Source: a virus. From it: DNA of 35,958 bases. The notes beneath the pieces are model-generated. The model saw only the letters and a list, made by a program, of their open reading frames with translations, searched no databases and was not told where the DNA came from. Position numbers and translations under genes: made by a program. The stretch covers positions 158,224 to 194,181 of IMG/VR virus record IMGVR_UViG_3300031949_000004; one strand, 5' to 3'. Below, in pieces: positions 18,026 to 26,178 of the stretch (positions are counted from its first letter, which is position 1; every line of letters starts with the position of its first letter).

Positions 18026-18033
18026 GCTAATCG

Positions 18034-19122
18034 ATGCCCACCCCACCAGCATCGTCACCGCCTCCGGCGCTCATTGAGTACGATCATCCCGCCGCTCCCC
18101 AGATCGGCCAATGGCTGCGCCAGAACGTCCTCATCAAGGACGATGAGATAGGTCCTTGCGTCAAGCTCAAGATCATTCACTTTTCGGTCAACAAGAAGCC
18201 GCAGGGCGACCTTGGTCAAATCAAGATCGACCAAGAACGCGCCAACGACCTCGGCTTCGTCGACAACCTGATCAACGAAATCATCAAGCGCGCCCAGGCC
18301 GACGCCAACAACCTGCACAGCGGCATCCAGCTCTACGCGATCTTTGCCTACTTCGCCAAAAGCGGCACCAACTACACCCCCCGCTGCTACTTCCGCGTCT
18401 CGGCCGAAGAAGAATACGACCCGGAAGTGGCAGGCGGCGATCCAAGCGAACCAGCCGACGCCAAGGGCCTGGTTTCCCAGCTCATGCGACACGTTGAGGC
18501 AATCCAACGATCGTCACAGATGGGCAACGCCTACATCATCCAGTCGCTCCAAGCCGACAACGCCAGCCAGCGCAACCTGATCCAGTCGATGCAGCAGCAG
18601 ACCGTCGACTTCATGGCGCTCATCCAAGATTCCCTCGACAGCAGCGCCCGCCGACGCAACGAAGAGCGCGCCACCGAAACCAAACAGCAGATCATGGAAG
18701 GTGTCTTCGAGCAGCTCAAGCTCGTCGTCCCCATCATCATGAACAAGCTTGCAGGCCAGAAAATCGCCCCGGAAACGGACGCCAGCTTCACCCTGCTGGC
18801 CAGCCTCTTCGAGTCTTTGAGCCAAGAGCAGCAACAGACCCTCGTCACCGGATTCCTCAATCCTGCCCAGGCAGCAGTGTTCGCCGAATTCCTCGACACC
18901 TACGAGAAGCGCAAACGCAAGCTCACCGCCAAGGACGATCGTGCTCCCAACCCGCGCTTGAACCTCCCGGCCCTGTTCGACCCCCCGAGCAGCCGACGCG
19001 AGGATCCTCACCAATCCAGCGACCCAACCATCGATCGCATGGAGAAGAAAGCCAAATCATTCGCCGATGGCTTCCAGGGCCTCAAGCCCTTCCAAGGTCC
19101 AATCAAACCCGCCAAGTTGTAG
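18034..19122 (+). CDS. hypothetical Gln-rich, predicted helical protein (362 aa)
   Basis: Long ORF. Gln/Glu-rich coiled-coil-like middle region, of the kind seen in scaffold-type proteins. Confidence 0.55.
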   Translation: MPTPPASSPPPALIEYDHPAAPQIGQWLRQNVLIKDDEIGPCVKLKIIHFSVNKKPQGDLGQIKIDQERANDLGFVDNLINEIIKRAQADANNLHSGIQLYAIFAYFAKSGTNYTPRCYFRVSAEEEYDPEVAGGDPSEPADAKGLVSQLMRHVEAIQRSSQMGNAYIIQSLQADNASQRNLIQSMQQQTVDFMALIQDSLDSSARRRNEERATETKQQIMEGVFEQLKLVVPIIMNKLAGQKIAPETDASFTLLASLFESLSQEQQQTLVTGFLNPAQAAVFAEFLDTYEKRKRKLTAKDDRAPNPRLNLPALFDPPSSRREDPHQSSDPTIDRMEKKAKSFADGFQGLKPFQGPIKPAKL

Positions 19123-19149
19123 CTCCCCACCCCAGACGAAAGGCCAGCC

Positions 19150-19749
19150 ATGTCCACAGCCCCGACCGCCAAGCAACTCTTCCAGCGCCTCTGCCAATTC
19201 GACCGTATCGAGCTTCCGGTGATCCGCCGGGAGATCGAGAACCTCGGCTCCATCTTCAACGCGAAAGATCGCCTGAACGAACTGTGCTCGGTCATCTCCT
19301 ACCTCGTCCGCTACGTCGTGATGACCGATGCCGAGCGCCACGACATCAACATCAACGACCTCATCACCCTCTCGCAACACCAACAAAACCACGGTGTCGC
19401 CACCCAACCTTCCACCGCTTTCCCGGCCTCCGGAGCCATCGCCTTTCCCCAGCAAGCACCCCAGCCGGCAAGCCAGCCGGCGACCACACCTCCGGCCCTG
19501 GATGTCATGGTCGGCGCCCCCATCTCTCCCCCTGCGGGAGTCCTCGGCGTGCCCCTGGACGCCCCCGACCCCGAGCCCAGCAACGTGATCCAGACCGTGA
19601 TCACCCGCAACGGCAGCACCAAGGTGATCCCGCCCGTTGGCTCGCGTGCGCCCGTTCGCACCTTCGCGCCCGGCCAACCGGTCGACACAACCTACATCGC
19701 CATCGCCGACAGCGCCCCCACGGGCGATGGTGCCCAGAGCCCCCTGTAG
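19150..19749 (+). CDS. hypothetical protein with Pro/Ala-rich C-terminal half (199 aa)
   Basis: ORF with coding-like N-terminal domain. Confidence 0.5.
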   Translation: MSTAPTAKQLFQRLCQFDRIELPVIRREIENLGSIFNAKDRLNELCSVISYLVRYVVMTDAERHDININDLITLSQHQQNHGVATQPSTAFPASGAIAFPQQAPQPASQPATTPPALDVMVGAPISPPAGVLGVPLDAPDPEPSNVIQTVITRNGSTKVIPPVGSRAPVRTFAPGQPVDTTYIAIADSAPTGDGAQSPL

Positions 19750-19756
19750 CAACACC

Positions 19757-20002
19757 ATGAACATCGTCGACATTGCCCAGGGCCTCCAAGGCATCCTGAC
19801 ACTCTTCGCTGGCCACAGCGAGGCTCAGGAGCCCTGGGCACAAGACGAAGTGCTCTTCGCCGAGCACTTCGGCGCCAGTATCGAGGAGTTCGCCGAAAAG
19901 CTGGTCTTGCTGAGCGTCGACCAGCAACGGCGCTACGAGAAGACCCTGGAAGTGAACCCCGAGGCGGCAGTCCTCTGGGTCATCATGATGCAAAATGTTT
20001 GA
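19757..20002 (+). CDS. hypothetical protein (81 aa)
   Basis: Internal ATG 5 nt after the previous stop. Overlaps the next start by 8 nt. Confidence 0.45.
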   Translation: MNIVDIAQGLQGILTLFAGHSEAQEPWAQDEVLFAEHFGASIEEFAEKLVLLSVDQQRRYEKTLEVNPEAAVLWVIMMQNV

Positions 20003-20597
20003 CAACGACGAAAAACTCCGGCAACTGCTCGAACACCGCGCGACATACAACCGGCTTAGCATGCTCAACACTCCCAGGAAGCCACAGCAGCAATGCGTGA
20101 TACCCATATCCGCGAAACTCCAGCCTGGCGAAACGAAAGAGATCGCCGTCGAACCGACATGCATCTTCCGTCCCGAACGACTGATCATCGCCGAGGTTCA
20201 AAACACCTGGTTGGGTGCTATCTCAGCCTTCATGCGCAACCTGCCGATGGCCCTCATGGCGAATTTCCTTGCGCTGTGGAGCGAACATCATGCTTGTCCA
20301 GGTTGGAAACCTCCGCCCTACTTCCCGATAGACGTTCTCCAGTTCAAGGTAGGATCAGCCAACCAATTTCGCCCCAACTTCCAGATGATCCCTGGCGAGG
20401 TTTTCAGCCGATCAGCCAACCAATTTCGCCCCAACTTCCAGATGATCCCTGGCGAGGTTTTCAGCCTGCATGCCTTCGCTATCAACGGTCGATTCGACAC
20501 GTGCAAGATCGGTGAAAAACTGACCCTCACCATCCGGAGCCGCGCCAAATGGACCATCATGTTCCGTGCCGGCATCATCGGTACAACGATCGACTGA
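19995..20597 (+). CDS. hypothetical protein (200 aa) containing a duplicated 19-aa segment
   Basis: Contains the in-frame 57-bp tandem duplication at 20354-20467. Confidence 0.55.
   Translation: MFDNDEKLRQLLEHRATYNRLSMLNTPRKPQQQCVIPISAKLQPGETKEIAVEPTCIFRPERLIIAEVQNTWLGAISAFMRNLPMALMANFLALWSEHHACPGWKPPPYFPIDVLQFKVGSANQFRPNFQMIPGEVFSRSANQFRPNFQMIPGEVFSLHAFAINGRFDTCKIGEKLTLTIRSRAKWTIMFRAGIIGTTID
20354..20467 (+). repeat. perfect in-frame tandem duplication, 57 bp x 2
   Basis: ATCAGCCAACCAATTTCGCCCCAACTTCCAGATGATCCCTGGCGAGGTTTTCAGCC occurs twice consecutively. Only the base following each copy differs. Confidence 0.9.
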
Positions 20598-20610
20598 TCC
20601 CGCTGAGACC

Positions 20611-20997
20611 ATGAACAATCGCCGACCACATCCGTTCATCTACGACCACGAGTGGGTCGACGACTGCGCTACCTGCCCGTTCGACCACGCCTGGCCCCGT
20701 GGTGACCGCGAACGCCACTGCCGCAAGTGCGGCATCACACCCCACCGTGCGCGTGACCGCCAGGACGACATTGCCTTCGAGGCATGTCCCATGCGCGAGG
20801 TAAGCAGGTGCCGAAAATGTGGGAAGATAGCCCCTATATCAGGCGACAGCTCTCCTGAATACAGCCTATGCACCCTCTGCCAACACCCTCACGCTCTCCA
20901 CTTCAACACGGCGACCGAGGCGGTCGAGGCCATACGGGACATCAACGCGGGGAAACCTCCCGAACCTCCCTCTAAGCGGGACAAGAGACCGTCGTGA
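20611..20997 (+). CDS. Cys-rich zinc-finger-like protein (128 aa)
   Basis: Several CxxC pairs (CATCPF.., CRKCG, CRKCGK, CTLC). Confidence 0.5.
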   Translation: MNNRRPHPFIYDHEWVDDCATCPFDHAWPRGDRERHCRKCGITPHRARDRQDDIAFEACPMREVSRCRKCGKIAPISGDSSPEYSLCTLCQHPHALHFNTATEAVEAIRDINAGKPPEPPSKRDKRPS

Positions 20998-21032
20998 ACC
21001 TGTCCCCCGACCTGCCGTGATATACTTACACC

Positions 21033-21713
21033 ATGCTAGTCGCCTGGCATGCGATGGAAAAAGGCAAGTTCCTCTCGGGAGCACGCTGGCACGCCAAGAT
21101 CGGCCCCTGCACGCTCATCGTCGGCGAGGTTGACCCCTTCGTCAAAAGCGACCTCTGGCGCGAGCACCACCGCGACGGGGAAACGCTCTACAGCTACGAG
21201 ATCTGCATCTACGACCTCAAGGCTCAACCCATCGGCAAGGATATCTTGGCCTCCGGCACCATCAGCGACAGCTCCCGCGACCCTCAAGCCAACGCCGTGA
21301 AAGCCCGCGTGGTGGCCATCGCTCGCGCCAACCCACGCTGCAAACGCCCCCACCGGCAGCTCCAGTCGCCCTCCCCAGAACTGATGACTTGGCTCTCCGA
21401 GCTGATCATGAAGACCATCACACGTGCCTACGAAGTGTGGCACGAACGAACTGAATACTGGAAGGCGAACGCCTCAAAACTAAACCTTGGATCTACAAAC
21501 CCGTATCACGAACCCGTCGTCACTGTAGGCAACCTGCTGGCAGAAGTGGAAACCCACAGCATCAGTGACGATTGGTGGAACAACAACCCACGACGACGAC
21601 GAACCGCTATCGAGAGCGCGGTCAACAAGCTCGTGAAACAAGGACACCTAACGATATCGACAGCCTACGACCGCCGGCAAGATCGCGAAGTCAAGGCGCT
21701 CTCGCCAACCTAA
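21033..21713 (+). CDS. hypothetical protein (226 aa)
   Basis: Last gene of the rightward block. Its last about 9 codons and the following 20 bp are duplicated at 22566-22610. Confidence 0.5.
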   Translation: MLVAWHAMEKGKFLSGARWHAKIGPCTLIVGEVDPFVKSDLWREHHRDGETLYSYEICIYDLKAQPIGKDILASGTISDSSRDPQANAVKARVVAIARANPRCKRPHRQLQSPSPELMTWLSELIMKTITRAYEVWHERTEYWKANASKLNLGSTNPYHEPVVTVGNLLAEVETHSISDDWWNNNPRRRRTAIESAVNKLVKQGHLTISTAYDRRQDREVKALSPT

Positions 21714-21730
21714 CCGGGTGAGCTAACGAC
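21687..21730. repeat. direct repeat R1 (about 45 bp, about 85% identical to 22566-22610)
   Basis: GAAGTCAAGGCGCTCTCGCCAACCTAACCGGGTGAGCTAACGACG compared with GAAGTCAAGGCCCTCTCGCCAACCTAACCGGTCGAGCTAGCAACGG. Confidence 0.7.
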
Positions 21731-22024
21731 GAGTGACGAAACCCCTCCGCACCAAGCCATCAACTCGTCGTAGTTAAACTTGTCGCCCAGAGCCTCGCGA
21801 ATCGTAATCTTCTCCGTCTTGTCGAACTCCAAGACCGCGACGTTGTAGAGCAGAACGTGCCTCATATTCCGCGCCGGCATCATCGGCACAACGGCCGACC
21901 TAACCCACTCACTAAGCTGTGATGATAAGCCAAAACCGAAGATGATGGCAGTTCTTCGTCTTCGATTATACTTCTTGGCCCTCAACAGGTTCTTGAATCG
22001 GTCCAGCAAACAACGCAGTATCAT
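21710..22024 (-). pseudogene. chimeric ORF or gene fragment: novel AT-rich-encoded N-terminus fused to a copy of the C-terminal 40 aa of the 22994-23545 protein
   Basis: Positions 21750-21850 are about 85% identical to 23042-23143. Positions 21853-21889 match the 3' end of gene 19995-20597 (20558-20594). Confidence 0.35.
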
Positions 22025-22199
22025 CTATGTAACGAATGACACCGTTGATGAGCAGAGTATCTATCTGAGTACCATTTCCTCGAAAAGCTTGTACGACCGT
22101 TGTCTGACCACTCGTGTGCAACTTCGAGCGATAAAAGTACCATCCAGCTACCGTAGGTAACTCCCTCGTCCACACCAATTCCCCTTTGGCGTTCTTCAT
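21966..22199 (-). CDS. small hypothetical protein (77 aa) encoded in the AT-rich insert
   Basis: Ribosome-binding site AAAGGAAG before the ATG. Protein-like sequence (MKNAKGELVWTRELPTVAGWYFYRSKL..). Local GC about 45%. Confidence 0.35.
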   Translation of the reverse strand: MKNAKGELVWTRELPTVAGWYFYRSKLHTSGQTTVVQAFRGNGTQIDTLLINGVIRYIDDTALFAGPIQEPVEGQEV

Positions 22200-22214
22200 T
22201 GCTTCCTTTCATGC

Positions 22215-22421
22215 CTATCCGGTTGACACCCCATTCGGTTTAATTGAGTCTTTAACCATCAGGATACCGTACCCAGCGATGACCATTAGGACTATCGCGA
22301 CAAGGTTCGTTTCCCTCGCAGGCAAGACAGTCGCCACAATTATCGCAGAAATCCTCTCCACAAATTGGACTCGTTTCCACTTCCTCGGTAGAAACGATTT
22401 TACTCTTGTTATCGGTGACAT
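22215..22421 (-). CDS. small hydrophobic protein (68 aa) in the AT-rich insert
   Basis: A copy of the conserved upstream element lies at 22473-22490. No obvious ribosome-binding site. Confidence 0.3.
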   Translation of the reverse strand: MSPITRVKSFLPRKWKRVQFVERISAIIVATVLPARETNLVAIVLMVIAGYGILMVKDSIKPNGVSTG

Positions 22422-22472
22422 ATCTAAGCATGTCTTCGTTCGCTTTCTTTCCCTGTTGATTTGATGGTGGTT

Positions 22473-22490
22473 ATCAAATGGATAAGCATG
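22473..22490. promoter_or_regulatory. variant copy of the conserved leftward-block upstream element (ATCAAATGGATAAGCATG)
   Basis: The 26 bp TGGTGGTTATCAAATGGATAAGCATG parallels TGGTGGTTGTCAACCGGATAAGCATG at 26995-27020. Confidence 0.45.
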
Positions 22491-22552
22491 CTTCCTTTCC
22501 TACTCTACCAGTTCTTGTCGCCTGTACCTTTCACAGAAAAACAATCGTGAAG

Positions 22553-22963
22553 TCAAGGCCCTCTCGCCAACCTAACCGGTCGAGCTAGCAACGGGCAACG
22601 AAGCCCCTCCGCGCGTTTGTCGGGCTCCCCTAGACGCAACACCCCATCGTCGCCTTCGATGATCTTCGTGTCGTGTGGAAGACACGGCATCAGGTGCTCA
22701 GGATTTCTCAGGTGCCACACAGCGTGCCCGATCCAAACCGGCTCGAAATTCGGATTGCTGCGCACTTCATCCATATCCCGAGGACGCGCGCCTGTTCTTG
22801 GATCCTCATAGACTTGATGACACCCGCGAATCGCGTCGGCCAATTTAGTTATCTCATCGGCGGAGCATTCCATCGCAACTTCCCTGACGTGCTGTCCGTG
22901 CTTCTTGTAGGACACGAATCTCACCTGACCAAATGCCAACCCGACCACCTCGTTTATTCTCAT
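22553..22963 (-). CDS. hypothetical protein (136 aa), lower GC; its body is absent from the duplicated copy at 21687-21850
   Basis: The C-terminal 18 codons lie in repeat R1'. An HNH-like reading was considered and rejected. Confidence 0.45.
   Translation of the reverse strand: MRINEVVGLAFGQVRFVSYKKHGQHVREVAMECSADEITKLADAIRGCHQVYEDPRTGARPRDMDEVRSNPNFEPVWIGHAVWHLRNPEHLMPCLPHDTKIIEGDDGVLRLGEPDKRAEGLRCPLLARPVRLARGP
22566..22610. repeat. direct repeat R1' (partner of 21687-21730)
   Basis: See R1 at 21687-21730. Confidence 0.7.
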
Positions 22964-22993
22964 GGAAGCACCCTCGTTGCTCAGTCGTGCCTG

Positions 22994-23545
22994 TCAACCA
23001 GCCGAACCAAGTACGGACTCCGGAGCCTCTGCGCGCAAGCTCATCAACTCGTTGTAGTTGAACTTGTCACCCAGGGCCTCGCGAATCGTGATCTTTTCCG
23101 TCTTGTCAATCTCCAGGACCGCACCATTGTAGAGCAAGACGTACCTGGGTAACGCCAAGCTACCAGTCACGAACAGCTTCCCCGTCTCGGTGATCTTGTA
23201 CTTGCCAGCCTTACCACCGTCATCCCGCTTCTCGCCCTTGGCCTCGACAAGCCCCCAGTAGCGAAGCTTCTGGTACTCCCGCGACCGCAACACCGACACC
23301 AGCCCGTGCTTCGCGAGCAGGCGGGGCACGTCGATGAAACCTGCCTCGTCGGCCTCACTCGACAGCCGATGAAGACAGATGAGCGAGTAGGCCATGGCGC
23401 GGTTGAGCTTGCGCCTGTAGACCTTCGCCACCTGGTTGCAGCACGGGCAAATCGCTCCGGCCGGCGCATTCGCGCTCACCCAGGCCCTCGCCTCGACGAG
23501 CGTGGTGGTCATGCCCGGTAACGTCATGGTGTCAAACCGCTTCAT
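22994..23545 (-). CDS. hypothetical protein (183 aa) with CPCC motif and possible winged-helix region
   Basis: First gene of a coupled leftward chain. Its 3' 110 bp are duplicated at 21750-21850. Confidence 0.55.
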   Translation of the reverse strand: MKRFDTMTLPGMTTTLVEARAWVSANAPAGAICPCCNQVAKVYRRKLNRAMAYSLICLHRLSSEADEAGFIDVPRLLAKHGLVSVLRSREYQKLRYWGLVEAKGEKRDDGGKAGKYKITETGKLFVTGSLALPRYVLLYNGAVLEIDKTEKITIREALGDKFNYNELMSLRAEAPESVLGSAG

Positions 23546-23820
23546 GACGAACCTCCCGCTGTCTCCCAGGACAACGACAGAACGAAATCACGGGCACCGT
23601 GCCAGCGCAGAACGTCTTCCCTGGCCTCCGCGAGCAGGGCGCCGAGCGTCCGAGCGCCGCAAACCCGCGACTCGGAGAGATCATGCCCGGCACAGCCTTC
23701 CACCAGCATGGCATGCGTGCGCTCGGCCACGGAAATTCGCTGCTCCACCAACCCGAGCACCTCCTCCCTACCGCGCGCATAGATCTCCCCGACCTCCCCT
23801 TGCACCAGGGCCTCGATCAC
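23542..23820 (-). CDS. hypothetical protein (92 aa)
   Basis: ATGA overlaps at both ends (23542-23545 and 23817-23820). Confidence 0.4.
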   Translation of the reverse strand: MIEALVQGEVGEIYARGREEVLGLVEQRISVAERTHAMLVEGCAGHDLSESRVCGARTLGALLAEAREDVLRWHGARDFVLSLSWETAGGSS

Positions 23821-24059
23821 GACTCTCCCCCAACTGGGAAGTCAAGCATCAGCTTGCTCAGCCCGCGCAAGAGGCGTGACGACCGCACCCTTGCCCGGAC
23901 GTAGATCCCTCGCGCTCGAAGCCGGATCTCCGGCGATGCCTTAGCCATCTCCAGCAACATGGCAGCACGCTTCTCTGTGGCCTTCGCAGTCACAAGCGCC
24001 ACGCTCATGGCGTGAGCAATTCTCTTCAAGGACGGTTGTTCGCTGCCAACGATAACCAT
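23817..24059 (-). CDS. hypothetical small protein (81 aa)
   Basis: Ribosome-binding site GGAGG 4 nt before the ATG at 24059. The track start at 24101 has no ribosome-binding site. Confidence 0.45.
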   Translation of the reverse strand: MVIVGSEQPSLKRIAHAMSVALVTAKATEKRAAMLLEMAKASPEIRLRARGIYVRARVRSSRLLRGLSKLMLDFPVGGES

Positions 24060-24102
24060 TGATGCCTCCAGTTCTCCAGTTCTCACAGTTCCAGATCTCA
24101 TC

Positions 24103-24492
24103 CTACACCCGTGGGCCGCCTTGTCCAGAAACAGGCTTCTGGCGCTTCAGCAAGTTGGGACCTGGCGAATTCATGTCGGGCAACGTCACGGCAATAAGCC
24201 GCGACCGCTCGCACTGCCTCGCGCACCACCGATTCATGCGCGGGGCGTCCTTCTCGTCGAGCCAAACATCGCTAGGCTTAGGATCGCCACCCTCTTCGAT
24301 GGTAACCGTCGCTCCCGGCCCCGGCGCCGTACCCAGCAACGCGTCGCCGAGGAAGACGTAGTCATCGACATCCTTCGAGAAATGATGCTTCGGACGACCA
24401 TCGATTCCCCAAGCCTTGTTGCACCGACCGTCACACACGAGCACGCGCGGCTGCCCTAGAAACAAGATCGACTTGGCCAGCATCATAGGCAT
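24103..24492 (-). CDS. hypothetical protein (130 aa) with CDGRC motif
   Basis: Ribosome-binding site GGAGGAAG before the ATG at 24492. The upstream part of track ORF 24103-24705 is Arg/Gly-rich non-coding-like. Confidence 0.5.
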   Translation of the reverse strand: MPMMLAKSILFLGQPRVLVCDGRCNKAWGIDGRPKHHFSKDVDDYVFLGDALLGTAPGPGATVTIEEGGDPKPSDVWLDEKDAPRMNRWCARQCERSRLIAVTLPDMNSPGPNLLKRQKPVSGQGGPRV

Positions 24493-24494
24493 CG

Positions 24495-24803
24495 TCACTT
24501 CCTCCCCTTCGTGAAGGTGAACGTGGCCTCGTAGGTTTCGTTGAAACCAGGCTTGTCGTACGCAACCTTCCAGCCTGCCCGCTCGTACACGCTCATGACA
24601 TCGAGCAGACCACGATCGAAGACAGCCTGGCGAGAGATCTTGAGCCGCTCGGCGATCCGCTTGACGGCCTCGTTCTGCCCGACCACCGCCTCCCCATCGC
24701 TCCAATTCTCGGTGATGAGCCCATCGAAGATCTCGATCACCACCGAAGGGATCTCGCGAGCCTTGGCCTTCTCGACGCTCGCTGGCGACAACGGTTTGCG
24801 CAT
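24495..24803 (-). CDS. small helix-turn-helix DNA-binding protein (102 aa)
   Basis: VKRIAERLKISRQAVFDRG resembles a sigma region-4 / LuxR-type helix-turn-helix. Ribosome-binding site GGGGAGGA. Confidence 0.5.
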   Translation of the reverse strand: MRKPLSPASVEKAKAREIPSVVIEIFDGLITENWSDGEAVVGQNEAVKRIAERLKISRQAVFDRGLLDVMSVYERAGWKVAYDKPGFNETYEATFTFTKGRK

Positions 24804-25237
24804 CAGTCGTCCTCCCCCAAAGCGATCCCCAGCTTCTTGCCGAAATCCTCCCGCAGGCCTTCCATCATTGCATGAAAGATCTCGAAGTGATCCCCCAGTT
24901 TTTCCTTGAGAAGCCTACGAGCAGCACTGAGGACCAGTAGATCCCACTGCTCGTGAAACCTCCGCATGGTCTCCTCGAACGGCAAGGCCACGCCATTGAC
25001 GGAAAACACAATCTGTGCCTTCCGGCGCATGTCCCGCCCCGCCTCGCCGGGCAACCCGAACGCCCGAGTAACCAGATCGCCACCATTGTCACGATCTAGA
25101 GCAGCCATCGCGGCGCACAGGATAAAGTTCACGAAGCTCTCGAACGAATCGTCGTTCAGCCGGGCCTCGATGAACTTCTGCACGTCGACCAGGCAACCCA
25201 ACTCGTCCACTTCCTTGTTCGCATTGCTTGACATCAT
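24803..25237 (-). CDS. hypothetical protein (about 145 aa)
   Basis: ATGA overlap with the upstream gene. Ribosome-binding site GGGTGG. Confidence 0.5.
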   Translation of the reverse strand: MMSSNANKEVDELGCLVDVQKFIEARLNDDSFESFVNFILCAAMAALDRDNGGDLVTRAFGLPGEAGRDMRRKAQIVFSVNGVALPFEETMRRFHEQWDLLVLSAARRLLKEKLGDHFEIFHAMMEGLREDFGKKLGIALGEDD

Positions 25238-25545
25238 TCCACCCAACCCGTCGGCTTCCAGGGCAAACGCTCGTCGTCGTAACCCGTGATCTGCGTGGCT
25301 GTGAAAGCCAGACCACCCCAGAGTGCCGCGAGTATTTCCGCCTTCGTGTGATGGCCGTACAAGATCACGTGCTCGGGAAACCCAGGATGCATCTGAATCT
25401 GGAGAGCAAGATTCTTCAACCGTTCGTAATCGATACTACTCCAGGTGCCGCCCGACCGATGCAAGAGCGTCATCTTAAGCGACTTTCGAGCATCGACAGT
25501 CCTGCGAAACATCATAGCAGCAATCGTTGCATCTTCCTCTGACAT
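25234..25545 (-). CDS. hypothetical protein (104 aa)
   Basis: Internal ATG with a GGAAGCGAGGGGA ribosome-binding region. The track start at 25692 overlaps the upstream gene. Confidence 0.45.
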   Translation of the reverse strand: MSEEDATIAAMMFRRTVDARKSLKMTLLHRSGGTWSSIDYERLKNLALQIQMHPGFPEHVILYGHHTKAEILAALWGGLAFTATQITGYDDERLPWKPTGWVE

Positions 25546-25562
25546 GGATCCCCTCGCTTCCT

Positions 25563-26036
25563 TCACGTGTAAATCTTCACGCCCGACGGGCTCGGTAGAT
25601 CCGTCCGCAACACCTCGCGCGCCTTCTCCAAGAGAACCGTGCGCGACCACGACGAGAAAGCCAGCCCCTTGAGCCTGGCGGCGGCAAAGCACATCTCCCG
25701 CTCCTCGCTGTTGAGCTGAAGATGTGTCGAGGTGCGAGGATCGCTCACGCGCGGCCGTCCTCGCCCGCGAACCCTACCCAGGACGCGCGAGCACACGGAA
25801 AGCTGACCGGGCGAGAGCTTGACCCCCCGCTCGGCCAGCTTCGCGACAAGCTGCGCTAGCTCGTAGACACCATCATCTTTCACCCCCGCCATCAAGATCT
25901 CTTGCATGACGAGTGTGGCACCCTCGTACACCGCCACCTTCACGCCACCAGAGATCGGCGAAACGCGAACCTTCGGTGTCACCACCGCCGGAGCCTTGGA
26001 CTTCTGCTTGCGCACCTTGGTTTTCTGCTTTGCCAT
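25563..26036 (-). CDS. putative ribbon-helix-helix (CopG/MobC-like) DNA-binding protein with basic N-terminus (157 aa)
   Basis: C-terminal GRGRPRVSDPRTSTHLQLNSEEREMCFAAARLKGLAFSSWSRTVLLEKA matches the ribbon-helix-helix pattern (beta-strand, then LxxEExxxL..A...G.S.S). Confidence 0.5.
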   Translation of the reverse strand: MAKQKTKVRKQKSKAPAVVTPKVRVSPISGGVKVAVYEGATLVMQEILMAGVKDDGVYELAQLVAKLAERGVKLSPGQLSVCSRVLGRVRGRGRPRVSDPRTSTHLQLNSEEREMCFAAARLKGLAFSSWSRTVLLEKAREVLRTDLPSPSGVKIYT

Positions 26037-26157
26037 AACCTTCTCCTGTCGACGACCTATTGCAACCCATCAACTAGAGATCGGCAAGGACGACGAGGCA
26101 CCGGCTTTGGATCTCTGCCTGCGCACCTTCGTCTTTGCCATAACCTTCTCCCGTAAA
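25992..26157. repeat. imperfect tandem duplication, about 109-bp period, of the ribosome-binding site plus first about 17 codons of gene 25563-26036; creates a 22-codon upstream ORF
   Basis: 25992-26051 is about 85% identical to 26101-26157. The minus-strand copy reads GGAGAAGGTTATGGCAAAGACGAAGGTGCGCAGG...TAG. Confidence 0.7.
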
Positions 26158-26178
26158 ATCCTCCGCCCCAGGCACCAA

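Noticed and set aside
21687-22610. 45-bp direct repeats as attL/attR of an integrated mini-element
   Set aside because: No integrase or recombinase lies between or near them. The intervening DNA consists of duplicated gene fragments plus an AT-rich insert, which fits illegitimate recombination better.
22553-22963. HNH homing-endonuclease reading of the lower-GC 136-aa gene that is absent from the duplicated copy
   Set aside because: It has scattered His and Cys residues (H..WHLRNPEH, C..C) but not the ordered CxxC...H-N-H spacing. Left as hypothetical.
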